This document shows, piece after piece, positions 9,401-19,180 of a DNA stretch of 64,000 bases. Every line of letters begins with the position of its first letter. Within the stretch, counting starts at the first letter, position 1. The stretch covers positions 3,406 through 67,405 of the forward strand of contig QNFE01000004.1 of assembly GCA_003645455.1 (NCBI GenBank), read 5' to 3'. Made by a program: the position numbers and the translations under genes. The stretch is from Gammaproteobacteria bacterium (lineage in GTDB: Bacteria > Pseudomonadota > Gammaproteobacteria > QNFE01). The notes beneath the pieces are model-generated. The model saw only the letters and a list, made by a program, of their open reading frames with translations. It was not told the DNA's origin and did no database searches.

Positions 9401-9894
9401 CATAAGTTATTCCAAAATTTAATTTCATTGTTTGCCTGTTCTATTTTGCCATTATGACATAAATTTGCAAATGGGTTTTGGTTGTTCGTCATAATGACAA
9501 TCAAGCCCTCTGCATTTGTTTGTAACCATGCTTTGGAGATTGTAATTTTTTTATCATAATGTGGTTTTTCAACCTGTCCTTTTTGATATGCCCACGATAC
9601 TAATTTAAAAAGATTTTTCAAACCTTTTTCATTTTGACAAAGAATGGTCAACTCATAATCGTCATCTTCACAGGCATCATTCAAACAACAAATATCAACT
9701 CCAATAATAGGTTTGATGCCATTTGCCATAGCTTCTTTATAAAATTTTATAAAAGCAAACATATTTGATAAATCAGTCATAGCAACTGCCATCATTTTAT
9801 TTTTTTTAGCATTTCGGACAAGGTCGGATACTCGGATAATGCTATCGTGGAGTGAGTATTCAGAGTGGACATTAAGATGAATAAAATTTTTCAT
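6409..9894 (-). CDS. dnaE: DNA polymerase III alpha subunit
   Basis: 1161 aa with a PHP-domain N-terminus MKNFIHLNVHSEYSLHDSI and a conserved polymerase core. Confidence 0.95.
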   Translation of the reverse strand: MKNFIHLNVHSEYSLHDSIIRVSDLVRNAKKNKMMAVAMTDLSNMFAFIKFYKEAMANGIKPIIGVDICCLNDACEDDDYELTILCQNEKGLKNLFKLVSWAYQKGQVEKPHYDKKITISKAWLQTNAEGLIVIMTNNQNPFANLCHNGKIEQANNEIKFWNNLCPQRFYLGISRIGETNEELYIKYNLMLCSQNDIPVVAINKVRFIIEDDYETHEVKVCIADGEYLDDGDRKTKYTEQQFFKNSKQMMELFRDIPEAIDNSVQIAYRCNVTIELGNTYLPDFPTKNNQNLDDFFLISTKNKLDKFLIKNKFTDEQKIPYIERLEIENKVIKEMGFAGYFLIVAEFIQWSKDNGIMVGPGRGSGAGSLAAYVLGITDVDPLKYDLLFERFLNPERVSLPDFDIDFCTQGRDEVISHVAKLYGENKVSQIITYGRMAAKGVVRDVGRVLKLPYFFCDRLAKLIPLDIGITLSSAMQQSEELSLRYKNEEDVRRVWDMALKLEGLARNASTHAGGVVIAPSALTDFTPLYCEDNGAKFITQLDKDDVEAIGLVKFDFLGLGNLTIIDKTIKIINTDKNDDEKIDISTIPTDDKAVFENILIKAKTIGVFQLESPGMKSLMQKLKPSVFEDIVALVALYRPGPLGAGMDVDFVNRKHGLSQIEYPHPSLENTLAPTYGTILYQEQVMQIAQILSGYSLGEADILRRAMGKKKKEEMASQRQIFITGAVKNNIDKNLASKIFDDMEKFAEYGFNKSHSVAYAMIAWQTAYLKFHYPAIFMAQVLTGDKGKTEKLAPIIKECNDMGLQIMPPDINQSIDDFYALDDNKIMYGLGAIKGVGSKAIGKLISDREQNGDYKNLDDFLVRNISFVMTKAVVEALIKTGCFDKYDDKRHILSNNMPSIIRAAEQEIKNQQSGQSDLFGGGRDNDNSTNEGQNKNAVRQNLKKWSKQKLLIEEKKFLDLYLSGHPFEQYAPILSNIMDGNIEEILNKNKTENITYSKKEQVIVAGFITKITKKSFKTGPIIFVTIDDKTALIELSVKGQTYDSFEVNYKKDQLLLCKCSLSVDKFRDTLRFSVEQIINIDDYLSKNINNIKITITDNDNLKINQLKQIINKYKGDKLISILYKTEQATLNLSLGGHYTINPKMEFFDKIQTLLGWNCITCH

Positions 9895-10478
9895 AGGTTT
9901 GTTAGAATATTTTTGACAGGTTTAAAAGTCTTGCGATGATGAGGACATACACCATATTTTTGTAATGTTAATAGATGATTTTTAGTAGGATAACCCTTGT
10001 GTTTATCAAAACCATATAACGGATATTGTCGATGAATATCCATCATCAAATTATCTCGGTGCACTTTGGCAATAATAGAGGCAGCACTTATCGCAGGCTC
10101 GGTTAAATCACCTTTGATAATTGCCACAGCTTGCATTTGCACCTCTGGGATATGAACCCCATCAACCAAAATTTTATGAGGCTGGATTGTTAGTTTTTCA
10201 ACAGCTATTTTCATCGCCATAAGACTTGCTTGTAAAATATTTATTTTATCTATAATTTTTTCATTTACAGCGGCAATGCTCCAACAAATGGATTTTTTTT
10301 TAATCTCTGTGGCAAGAAACTCTCGTTTTTTAGCGGATAATTTTTTAGAATCAGTCAACCCCATAATTTTATTTTTATAATCCAAAATAACAGCGGCAGC
10401 GACCACCGCACCTGCAAGCGGTCCGCGACCTGCCTCATCCACTCCTGCGATAATAAAATTTGAATTTAAGCTGGACAT
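9891..10478 (-). CDS. rnhB: Ribonuclease HII
   Basis: AGVDEAGRGPLAGAVVAAAVIL motif at the expected size. Confidence 0.9.
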   Translation of the reverse strand: MSSLNSNFIIAGVDEAGRGPLAGAVVAAAVILDYKNKIMGLTDSKKLSAKKREFLATEIKKKSICWSIAAVNEKIIDKINILQASLMAMKIAVEKLTIQPHKILVDGVHIPEVQMQAVAIIKGDLTEPAISAASIIAKVHRDNLMMDIHRQYPLYGFDKHKGYPTKNHLLTLQKYGVCPHHRKTFKPVKNILTNL

Positions 10479-11396
10479 TTAAAATTTAAAATGCTGTGGC
10501 AGATCGGCTACAAAATTATATTTTTTACTGATTATAATTTGGCTTGAATGTAAGTATAAATTATTTTTTTGCTCGTTTTCAAAGTTTTTATTATATTTAT
10601 CATCCCCTATGATGGGGTGTTTAAAGTGGGATAAATGCAGACGAATTTGGTGGGTTCTACCGGTTTCAATTCTAATTTTTAAGAGACTTGTATTATTGTT
10701 GATATATTGACAATTTAAAATATGGGTAATCGCTTGTTTGCCTTTGGGGTTGATTTGCATAAATTTCTCACCATTTCGCAGATTTTTTTTATCCATGGCT
10801 TTGTCAATTTTAATAATTTTTTTATCCCATAAACCTGCCACACGAGCATAATAAATTTTTTCAATTTTACGAGATTTAATTAGAGTCTGAATCTTTTTTA
10901 AAAAATGATAATTTTTTGCTATCAATAACACCCCGGTTGTTTTTTTATCCAAACGATGAATTAACTCATAATCATTATTGATACCAGATTTGATTGCCTC
11001 AATAATCCCCCATTTTATATTGCTACCGCCGTGGACACTAATATTAGCAGGTTTGTTTAAAACCAAAATATCGTCATCCTCAAAGATTATAGATTTTTTT
11101 ATTAAATCTACCATCGCAGAGGGGGCTTTTTTGGTAGCTGTATCGGTCATTCTAACAGGTGGTATCCGCACCATATCGCCTGTTTTAATTTTATAAAGTG
11201 GTTTACATCTTTTGGAATTTACTCGCACCTGTCCGGTCCTGATTATTTTATAAATCAAGGATTTAGGAGCAGGTTTCAAAAAATTTAATAAAAAATTATC
11301 TAACCTTTGTCCTGCCTGCTTGTTATAAACTTCAATATTTTTAACTGATGAATTTGTCATTATTGTATTTAATTTTTTTAAAACAATATTATACAT
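10479..11396 (-). CDS. RluA-family 23S rRNA pseudouridine synthase (RluC/RluD-like, with N-terminal S4 domain)
   Basis: The catalytic motif HRLDKKTTGVLLIAKN is present. The S4-like N-terminus is (QRLDNFL..IRTGQVRVN). Confidence 0.8.
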   Translation of the reverse strand: MYNIVLKKLNTIMTNSSVKNIEVYNKQAGQRLDNFLLNFLKPAPKSLIYKIIRTGQVRVNSKRCKPLYKIKTGDMVRIPPVRMTDTATKKAPSAMVDLIKKSIIFEDDDILVLNKPANISVHGGSNIKWGIIEAIKSGINNDYELIHRLDKKTTGVLLIAKNYHFLKKIQTLIKSRKIEKIYYARVAGLWDKKIIKIDKAMDKKNLRNGEKFMQINPKGKQAITHILNCQYINNNTSLLKIRIETGRTHQIRLHLSHFKHPIIGDDKYNKNFENEQKNNLYLHSSQIIISKKYNFVADLPQHFKF

Positions 11397-11484
11397 AATT
11401 GTCAGATAAGAATATTAAAAATCTTAAACTAACTGGTTTTATAAAAAATACATTATGAATTGGATCTTATGGTTAAAAGTGGGT

Positions 11485-11781
11485 TTACAACTGGGTTATC
11501 TTGCCATATAGGTTTTTAGCCATGGTTTCAACCTTGGTATATTCGTTCTGTTGCAAAAGCCTCAACACTATGATCATTTTCGTTATCGACAATCTGCCCC
11601 TACATTTATGTTTTTTTGGTTTCACGACTCTGCCCCATATTGATTCGTATATTTTTGGACTGTGGCATGGGTTCTCATATCCCAAAGCTTTACCGACTTG
11701 ATTAGTTGTTAAATAAAAGTCATTGTTAGGTTGAATGACATCCATATTTTCGTCATTGAAGTTAGCTGTAAGTTTGTTCAT
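11485..11781 (-). CDS. Hypothetical protein (possible Bro-N/KilA-N fragment)
   Basis: The N-terminal LTTNQVGKALGYENP weakly resembles a Bro-N start. The rest of the protein is not recognisable. Confidence 0.3.
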   Translation of the reverse strand: MNKLTANFNDENMDVIQPNNDFYLTTNQVGKALGYENPCHSPKIYESIWGRVVKPKKHKCRGRLSITKMIIVLRLLQQNEYTKVETMAKNLYGKITQL

Positions 11782-11952
11782 GGTAATTTATCTCTAAAAA
11801 AATATTGTTGTTGCCTCGGATTCAAATGCGACAATCCCCGTCATAACGAGGCGGACGAGAATAATTGATAATTAACAGTTATTAGTTTAAATTCCGCTAT
11901 TAATTTTTAACTAATAACTATATAAACTGACGTGGTTATTTCTTGTTGCTGT

Positions 11953-12067
11953 CGTCACTGCGAGCGAACTTGTGAGCGTGGCAGTCTCTTTGGGTGTCCG
12001 TATACTACGATAAGATTGCCGCGTCATTTGCCTTGTGGCAAACTCCTCGCAATGACGGATTCTTTTT
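11953..12067. repeat. MITE-like element, family 2, copy A (~115 bp, 12-bp imperfect terminal inverted repeats CGTCACTGCGAG / CTCGCAATGACG)
   Basis: It shares termini and a GTGGCAGTCTCT core with the copy at 39732..39828. It ends in ATTCTTTTTTTG. Confidence 0.6.
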
Positions 12068-12223
12068 TTGTTTTTAAATTTTAAAAAGGCTATTATGATT
12101 GATAAAAAACCCACTAACATTAACCAAATTTTAGACATAATATTCCTCATCAATAATTTTTAAAATAAAACCTCTTCGCTGGGTTATCTTGTAACAAAAT
12201 AAAAGAAAAGAATAAAATATATT

Positions 12224-12255
12224 GAGGCCTTTGCATAAAACCTGAAAAGGTCTCA
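12224..12255. repeat. Miniature (32 bp) derivative of MITE family 1 (TIR-TIR hairpin TGAGGCCTTTGCAT...TGAAAAGGTCTCA)
   Basis: Both ends match the family-1 terminal inverted repeat. It is flanked by ATATAT on both sides. Confidence 0.5.
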
Positions 12256-12371
12256 ATATATTCAATATTTGTTAAAAACTATCCTTAAATTATGAAATCT
12301 TGACAGAATTTGTAAGTGACGGTTAAAAATTTATGCTACAATAGTCATTTTTTGTTTTGGAGAGAACTTTT

Positions 12372-14315
12372 ATGAGTGCTAAAAAAATTTATTCCGTGCC
12401 ATCAAACATTGCTGATAATGCAATAATAAATGCTAAAAATTATGAATCTATGTATCAAGAATCGATAGATAATCCAAACAAATTTTGGACTCAACAGGCA
12501 GAAAAATTTATAGATTGGAGACAAAAATGGGATGACAAAAATGTTATGGAATCTGATTTTAACACAGGAGACATAAAATGGTTTGCAGGGGCAAAATTAA
12601 ATGTCTCTTATAATTGTTTGGATCGGCATCTGGCAACTCGTGGCAATCAAACCGCTTTAATCTGGGAATCAGATGATCCTAATGTAGATAAAAAAATAAC
12701 CTATAAAGAATTACACTCCCAGGTGTGTAAATTCGCCAATTCATTAAAAAAACGTGGAGTCAAAAAAGGCGATAGGGTCTGCATTTATATGCCGATGATT
12801 GTTGAAGCCTCGGTGGCTATGTTGGCATGCACAAGAATCGGTGCGGTGCACTCTGTCGTTTTTGGTGGTTTCTCGCCAGAGGCATTAAAAGGGCGGATTT
12901 TAGATTCTGACTGCCAAACGATAATTACCGCCGATGAGGGAGTTCGTGGTGGTAAAGCCGTGCCTTTGAAGGCTAATGTTGATAAAGCGGTTGAAGGTTG
13001 CCCTGATGTTAAAAATGTCATAGTCGTTAAAAGAACCGGTGGCAATGTCAATTGGAATAAAAAACACGATGTTTGGTTGCATGATTTATATAATGAGGTT
13101 GATGATAAATGTGAGCCTGTTTGGATGGATGCCGAAGATCCATTGTTTATTTTATATACCTCAGGTTCAACCGGCAAACCCAAAGGGGTGTTGCATACCA
13201 CAGGTGGTTATTTGTTGTTTGCCGCTATGACGCATAAATACTCTTTTGATTATAAAGACGGCGAGATTTATTGGTGCACAGCTGATGTCGGTTGGGTTAC
13301 CGGACATACTTATATAGTTTATGGTCCGTTGGCAAACGGGGCAATTTCTATGATGTTTGAGGGCATCCCCACTTATCCTGATGCTGGACGTTTTTGGCAA
13401 GTGGTTGAAAAACACAAGGTAAATATTTTTTACACGGCGCCGACTGCTTTGCGAGCTTTGATGGCAGTAGGTGATGATTTTGTTAAAAAACATGATCGTT
13501 CTTCTTTGCGGATTTTGGGGACTGTGGGCGAGCCGATAAATCCCGAAGCTTGGCAGTGGTATTATAATATCGTAGGTGATAAAAAATGTCCGATAGTTGA
13601 TACTTGGTGGCAAACAGAAACAGGCGGACATCTTATCACACCACTACCAGGAGCTACTGATTTAAAACCAGGTTCTGCCTCTAAACCATTTTTTGGCATA
13701 ATACCTGCGATAGTGGACGAACATGGCAATGAACTCAAAGGCGAGTGTGAGGGCAACCTTATTATCAAACAATCGTGGCCAGGGCAAATGCGAACTATAT
13801 ATGGCGATCACCAACGATTCAAAGAAACTTATTTTTCAACCTATCCTGGCAATTATTTTACAGGTGACGGATGCAAGCGTGATAAAGATGGTTACTATTG
13901 GATTACAGGCCGTGTTGATGATGTATTAAATGTATCAGGACACAGGCTTGGCACTGCTGAAATTGAATCATCATTAGTGTTGCATCCTGCGGTGGCAGAA
14001 TCTGCTATTGTTGGTTTTCCACATGACATAAAAGGACAAGGGATTTATGCTTATGTTACCTTGATGAGCGACATTGAGGCAACTGATGATTTAATTACAG
14101 AGTTAGTCAATCATGTCAGAACTGACATAGGTCCAATTGCCAAAATTGATATTCTGCAATGGGCGCCTGCTTTGCCAAAAACTCGCTCTGGTAAAATTAT
14201 GCGCCGTATTTTACGCAAAATAGCTGAAAATTCTTTGGATAGTATGGGTGATATTTCAACCTTGGCTGACCCATCTGTGGTGGATAGTTTAATCAATAAT
14301 CGCAAAAATAGATGA
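12372..14315 (+). CDS. acs: Acetyl-CoA synthetase
   Basis: ~648 aa AMP-forming ligase with the characteristic Acs N-terminus ([15 protein letters not shown]) and the motifs [12 protein letters not shown] and the C-terminal SGKIMRR. An RBS (GGAGA) lies 8 nt upstream of ATG 12372; the ORF-track start at 12357 is TTG. Confidence 0.9.
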   Translation: MSAKKIYSVPSNIADNAIINAKNYESMYQESIDNPNKFWTQQAEKFIDWRQKWDDKNVMESDFNTGDIKWFAGAKLNVSYNCLDRHLATRGNQTALIWESDDPNVDKKITYKELHSQVCKFANSLKKRGVKKGDRVCIYMPMIVEASVAMLACTRIGAVHSVVFGGFSPEALKGRILDSDCQTIITADEGVRGGKAVPLKANVDKAVEGCPDVKNVIVVKRTGGNVNWNKKHDVWLHDLYNEVDDKCEPVWMDAEDPLFILYTSGSTGKPKGVLHTTGGYLLFAAMTHKYSFDYKDGEIYWCTADVGWVTGHTYIVYGPLANGAISMMFEGIPTYPDAGRFWQVVEKHKVNIFYTAPTALRALMAVGDDFVKKHDRSSLRILGTVGEPINPEAWQWYYNIVGDKKCPIVDTWWQTETGGHLITPLPGATDLKPGSASKPFFGIIPAIVDEHGNELKGECEGNLIIKQSWPGQMRTIYGDHQRFKETYFSTYPGNYFTGDGCKRDKDGYYWITGRVDDVLNVSGHRLGTAEIESSLVLHPAVAESAIVGFPHDIKGQGIYAYVTLMSDIEATDDLITELVNHVRTDIGPIAKIDILQWAPALPKTRSGKIMRRILRKIAENSLDSMGDISTLADPSVVDSLINNRKNR

Positions 14316-14322
14316 TATATAA

Positions 14323-15216
14323 ATGGTATTAAGTGATTATGTCAATACTTACGGACAATATCTATTAAAAAAATATAGCCAAAGAGTTCATAAAATATCA
14401 TTAGATGCAAGTTTTACCTGCCCTAATCGTGACGGCACAAAAGGGGTGGGTGGGTGCATTTTTTGCAACAATAGCTCATTTAGCCCCAATAGTAAACAGC
14501 CAGATGATTTATCTGTGCAAGTGCAACGAGGCAAAGATGTCATTATAAAACGCACTGGGGCAAAAAAGTATATCGGTTATTTTCAAGCTTATACCAACAC
14601 CTATGATGACGAATCTCGCCTGAAAATCTTATATGACAAAGTCCTGGCAATGAATGATATTATAGGTTTGTCAATTGGCACCCGTCCTGATTGTGTCAGT
14701 GACAAAGTTTTAGATATTTTACAAAAATACCAAGATGAGGGATTAGAGATATGTTTAGAGTTAGGTCTGCAATCATCAAACGACAAAACCTTAGAAAAAA
14801 TAAATCGCGGACACGGATTTTATGAATATCAACAAACAGCCAAAAAAGCCTTAAAGCGAAAAATCCCTATTTGCACTCATCTTATTATAGGGTTGCCAGA
14901 TGAAGATTATCAACAAAACCAAAAAAGTCTGGGTGATGTTTTGGACATAGGAACTAACGGTTTAAAATTGCATCCTCTACATGTAGTCAAAAATACAGTT
15001 TTAGCAAACCAATATAAACAAGGTCTTTACCGGCCTCTGACTGAATGTCAATATATAGAATATGCGGCAAACTTAATAAAACAAACACCGAAGGATATAA
15101 TTTTTCACAGGGTTACAGGCACAGTAAATAAAGAAATATTAATGGCTCCTATTTGGTGTCAAAAAAAATGGGATATAATAAACGGCATCACAAAACAGTT
15201 ATCACTAATTTTATGA
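14323..15216 (+). CDS. TIGR01212-family radical SAM protein (YhcC-like)
   Basis: Radical-SAM CxxxCxxC motif (CPNRDGTKGVGGCIFCNN); size ~297 aa. Confidence 0.75.
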   Translation: MVLSDYVNTYGQYLLKKYSQRVHKISLDASFTCPNRDGTKGVGGCIFCNNSSFSPNSKQPDDLSVQVQRGKDVIIKRTGAKKYIGYFQAYTNTYDDESRLKILYDKVLAMNDIIGLSIGTRPDCVSDKVLDILQKYQDEGLEICLELGLQSSNDKTLEKINRGHGFYEYQQTAKKALKRKIPICTHLIIGLPDEDYQQNQKSLGDVLDIGTNGLKLHPLHVVKNTVLANQYKQGLYRPLTECQYIEYAANLIKQTPKDIIFHRVTGTVNKEILMAPIWCQKKWDIINGITKQLSLIL

Positions 15217-15229
15217 AACTCTGGTTGGA

Positions 15230-15335
15230 TTCCCCTGGTCTTGTTATTGGAGTGCTCCGATACGGAATTCATCCATAATACACAGGTGGCACCGTTATAC
15301 AGATAGATGTTTCAATCAAGTTCAGCATGACGGTG
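15230..15335. repeat. Left dsr-flanking repeat (related, in inverted orientation, to 26419..26500)
   Basis: It shares GATACGGAAT...CAAGTTCAGCATGACGG termini with the reverse complement of the right-flank repeat. Confidence 0.5.
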
Positions 15336-15642
15336 ACTGCAAACTTTTCTTGATATACCCATAAATAGATATATATAATTGTTTGTTTATCTACTTTGCA
15401 CTTGATAAATAAAAAATAATAAAGTATAATTCGCAAATTATTATAATTATGAAACCTTTGTTTTAAAAAGTTACATTGTTACATATGTTTTATAAACTGT
15501 GCTTAAACATACAAAGATTTCACGATAAATTATAAAAAACAAATTTAATATTTTAATAAAGTTGTTCATTTTTTTTATAAAATTTTTTAAAAATGAGCAA
15601 CATTATTAGTATATTTATCTTATCATAAATGAGGACATAAAA

Positions 15643-16887
15643 ATGGCAGAGCAATTTAAAACTCCAATGTTGGATGAGTTAGAAAAAGGTCCATGGCCTA
15701 GCTTCATCTCTGGTTTTAAAAGACTAAGAGACGATCACCCAGACAAAAGAATCAATGAGACCGCAAATTCTTTGTTGGGACAATTAGAGCACTCCTATGA
15801 AACTCGCAAGGGTTACTGGAAAGGTGGCACAGTCTCTGTATTTGGTTACGGATCTGGAATTATCCCTCGTTTTTCTGAGGTAGCCGACACTTTTGTAGCA
15901 TCAAAAGAATTTCATACCGTTCGGGTGCAACCACCTGCGGGCAACCATTATACCACCGATATGCTTCGCACTTTGTGTGATAGTTGGGAAAAATACGGAT
16001 CTGGTTTAATAACCTTTCATGGGCAAACAGGCAACATAATGTTTATTGGGGTTGACACAGAAAACACCCAAAAATTCTTTGATGAGATTAATGAATACGG
16101 TTGGGATCTTGGCGGTGCAGGCCCATGTGTTAGAACTGGTATGTCTTGTATGGGAGCCGCTCGTTGTGAGATGTCTTGTGCCGATGAGCAACAAATTCAT
16201 TTAAGATTGATGAATAATTTTACGGATGATGTCCATCGTCCCGCTTTGCCTTATAAATTTAAATTTAAAGTTTCAGGCTGTGGTAATGATTGTCAAAATG
16301 CGATTGAAAGATCAGATATGGCAATTCTTGGCACTTGGCGTGATGATATGAAAGTAAATCAGACCGAGGTTAAAAACTATATCAATAAAAAATCTCGTCA
16401 GTATGTCATAGATAATGTTACAACTCGTTGTCCTACTAATGCACTGACTTTAAATGATGATGACACCTTGACGGTTGATAATAAAAACTGTGTGCGCTGT
16501 ATGCATTGCTTAAATGTTATGAATAAAGCTCTAAGCCCAGGTGATGATAAGGGTGTGACCATTTGTATCGGTGGCAAACGAACTTTGAAAATTGGTGATT
16601 TGATGGGAACTGTGGTAATCCCATTTAAGAAATTAGAAACCGAAGAGGATTATGAATCTTTGGTAGAGTTTGCCGAAGATATTATTGATTTTTGGGCTGA
16701 AAATGGTTTGGAACACGAGAGAACAGGCGAGATGATAGAAAGAATTGGAATAGCTAATTTCTTAGATGCAATTGGAGTTGAAGTTGATCCAAATATGATA
16801 AATCATCCACGTCAAAGCTCATATGTTCGTCTTGACGAATGGGATGCCGAAGCGCAAAAATGGTTTGAACGAAAAAAAGCCGCTTAA
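15643..16887 (+). CDS. dsrA: Reverse dissimilatory sulfite reductase alpha subunit
   Basis: 414 aa with siroheme/Fe-S cysteine clusters. It is first in a dsrABEFHCMKLJOP series and preceded by RBS GAGGA. Confidence 0.9.
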   Translation: MAEQFKTPMLDELEKGPWPSFISGFKRLRDDHPDKRINETANSLLGQLEHSYETRKGYWKGGTVSVFGYGSGIIPRFSEVADTFVASKEFHTVRVQPPAGNHYTTDMLRTLCDSWEKYGSGLITFHGQTGNIMFIGVDTENTQKFFDEINEYGWDLGGAGPCVRTGMSCMGAARCEMSCADEQQIHLRLMNNFTDDVHRPALPYKFKFKVSGCGNDCQNAIERSDMAILGTWRDDMKVNQTEVKNYINKKSRQYVIDNVTTRCPTNALTLNDDDTLTVDNKNCVRCMHCLNVMNKALSPGDDKGVTICIGGKRTLKIGDLMGTVVIPFKKLETEEDYESLVEFAEDIIDFWAENGLEHERTGEMIERIGIANFLDAIGVEVDPNMINHPRQSSYVRLDEWDAEAQKWFERKKAA

Positions 16888-16921
16888 ATTTAATTTATAC
16901 AAAAAATAGGAGATAATAAAA

Positions 16922-18001
16922 ATGTCAGAAAATACTAAACCTCGCTCACCTACCGAATCAGGATGCCCTGACGGTTTTCAATACATGCACCCACTTATGC
17001 GTAAAAATTATGGTAACTGGGATCATCACGACCATCCTCGTCCAGGAGTCTTAAAACACGTCTCAAAAGACGGCGAGCCAATTTGGACTGTAAAATGTGC
17101 TACTCAAAGAATCTTAGATACTTTTTCACTGCGAACCTTATGTGATATAGGTGACAATTTTGCCGATGGCCATGTGCACTTTACAATGCGCTCTAATATT
17201 GAATATATGGTAGCAGATGAGGCAAAAGTTCAACCTCTAATAGAAGAGATTGAAAAAAATGGTTTTATAGTCGGTGGCACAGCAGCCTCTGTTTCATCAA
17301 TATCTCATACCCAAGGATGGTTACACTGTGACATTCCAGGCACTGATGCCTCAGGTGTTGTAAAGTCAATGATGGATGAGTTAATTGATGAATTTAAAAA
17401 TCATAATATGCCAAATAGAGTTCATATTACAACCTCTTGTTGCCAGATAAATTGTGGCGGACAAGGAGATATAGCTATCAATGTCCAACACACCAAACCA
17501 CCAAAAATTGATCATGACTTGGTTGGTAATGCTTGTGAGAGACCATCTGTGGTAGCTCGTTGCCCGGTGGCAGCTATTCGCCCTGCGGTCGTAAATGGCA
17601 AACCATCATTAGAGGTGGATGAGAAAAAATGTATCTGTTGTGGAGCATGTTTTCCACCATGTCCTCCGATGCAAATCAATGATGCCGAACATACTAAACT
17701 TGCAATCTGGGTTGGTGGCAATCACTCAAACGCTCGTAGCAAGCCAACATTCCAAAAATTAGTAGCAGCGGGAATCCCTAATAATCCACCAAGGTGGCCG
17801 GAGGCGACTGCCATTGTTAAAAAAATATTAAAATGTTATAAAGAAGATGGTAGACCTTGGGAGCGAATGAATGACTGGATAGAACGGATTGGTTGGCCGG
17901 CATTTTTTGAACAAACAGGATTACCTTTTACTAAATTCCATCTTGATAACTGGCGTGGTGCTAGAAATAGCCTTAATGCTTCAAATCATGTTCGTTTCTA
18001 A
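16922..18001 (+). CDS. dsrB: Reverse dissimilatory sulfite reductase beta subunit
   Basis: 359 aa with conserved Cys clusters, immediately downstream of dsrA. Confidence 0.9.
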   Translation: MSENTKPRSPTESGCPDGFQYMHPLMRKNYGNWDHHDHPRPGVLKHVSKDGEPIWTVKCATQRILDTFSLRTLCDIGDNFADGHVHFTMRSNIEYMVADEAKVQPLIEEIEKNGFIVGGTAASVSSISHTQGWLHCDIPGTDASGVVKSMMDELIDEFKNHNMPNRVHITTSCCQINCGGQGDIAINVQHTKPPKIDHDLVGNACERPSVVARCPVAAIRPAVVNGKPSLEVDEKKCICCGACFPPCPPMQINDAEHTKLAIWVGGNHSNARSKPTFQKLVAAGIPNNPPRWPEATAIVKKILKCYKEDGRPWERMNDWIERIGWPAFFEQTGLPFTKFHLDNWRGARNSLNASNHVRF

Positions 18002-18016
18002 AAAGAGAGTTTATTT

Positions 18017-18409
18017 ATGAAATTTTCAATTCAAATTAATGAAGGGCCATATCAACATCAAAGCTCTGATACTGCCTATCAATTCACTAAGGCTGCATTA
18101 GAAGCAGGGCATGAAATTTTCCGGGTATTTTTTTATCATGATGCTGTGAATGTTGCGACTCGTTTAGCGATTCCACCCCAGGACGATAGAAATATCACCA
18201 AACTTTGGCAAGAGTTAGCAGAGCAACATAAATTAGATCTGGTAGTGTGTATAGCCGCCGCCCAAAGACGCGGATTATTGGACGAGGCAGAGGCAAAACG
18301 CCAAGGCAAGGATGCTAATAATATTGCCACAGGGTTTCGTATCTCAGGGTTAGGTCAGTTAATAGAAGCTGGCATTCAAGCCGATAGACTGATTGTTTTT
18401 GGAGATTAA
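18017..18409 (+). CDS. dsrE: Sulfurtransferase DsrE
   Basis: 130 aa. MKFSIQINEGPYQHQSSDTAYQF is near-identical to the recalled Allochromatium DsrE N-terminus. Confidence 0.9.
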   Translation: MKFSIQINEGPYQHQSSDTAYQFTKAALEAGHEIFRVFFYHDAVNVATRLAIPPQDDRNITKLWQELAEQHKLDLVVCIAAAQRRGLLDEAEAKRQGKDANNIATGFRISGLGQLIEAGIQADRLIVFGD

Positions 18410-18414
18410 ATAAT

Positions 18415-18819
18415 ATGGCAACTAAGAAATTTATGTATGTAAATCGTAAAGCTCCCTATGGCACAGTTTATGCTTTGGAGTCTTTGGAAGTAGTTTTAAT
18501 TGGAGCGGCCTTTGAACAGGATGTATCAGTAGCATTTATGGACGATGGTGTTTATCAACTTGTCAAAGGGCAAAAAACTGATGGCATTGGCATGAAAAAC
18601 TTCTCTCCTACTTATGCAGCCTTGGGTGATTATGAGGTGACTAAAATCTATGTGGATAAAGATTCTATGAAAGAGAGAAATCTAAGTCTTGATGACTTAC
18701 AGCATTTGGTGTGGGAAGATGAAGATGAAGACTATGCTGAAAAAAATTCAATAAAATTAGTGTCTCGTGATGAGTTGGCAAAAATATTGGACGAACAAGA
18801 TGTCTTACTTAACTTTTAA
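18415..18819 (+). CDS. dsrF: DsrF
   Basis: 134 aa DsrE/F-fold protein, second in the dsrEFH triplet. Confidence 0.85.
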   Translation: MATKKFMYVNRKAPYGTVYALESLEVVLIGAAFEQDVSVAFMDDGVYQLVKGQKTDGIGMKNFSPTYAALGDYEVTKIYVDKDSMKERNLSLDDLQHLVWEDEDEDYAEKNSIKLVSRDELAKILDEQDVLLNF

Positions 18820-18831
18820 AGGATAATAAAA

Positions 18832-19140
18832 ATGTCAATGTTACACTTAGTAAATAAATCACCATTTGAAAAAAATTCATTAAAAGTTGCGATAAGTTGT
18901 GCACTTAATAAGAGTGCGATTCTAATGATTGAAGATGGTGTATATGGTGCGGTATCTGATGCAAAACATAGCGATATGGTAAAAACTGCTATGAATAAAT
19001 CAGATTTTTATGTGTTAAAAGAAGATACACAAGCAAGAGGAATAGATGAATCAAAAATAATTGACGGCATACAACTTGTTGATTATGCAGGTTTTGTGGA
19101 ACTTAGCACAAAATACGATAAGATTCAATCTTGGGTTTAG
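18832..19140 (+). CDS. dsrH: DsrH
   Basis: 102 aa, third in the dsrEFH triplet. Confidence 0.85.
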   Translation: MSMLHLVNKSPFEKNSLKVAISCALNKSAILMIEDGVYGAVSDAKHSDMVKTAMNKSDFYVLKEDTQARGIDESKIIDGIQLVDYAGFVELSTKYDKIQSWV

Positions 19141-19180
19141 TTTAGTTTTTAGTTTTTTTAATTTTTTAAGGTAAAATATT

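Noticed and set aside
11911-12153. 80-aa minus-strand ORF with hydrophobic N-terminus
   Set aside because: It overlaps the family-2 MITE copy A, and its C-terminal half is read from the repeat. It is probably spurious; a tiny membrane peptide cannot be excluded.
12357-12371. acs start at 12357
   Set aside because: Position 12357 is a TTG. An ATG at 12372 has a GGAGA RBS at the proper spacing and gives the canonical MSAKK... Acs N-terminus.
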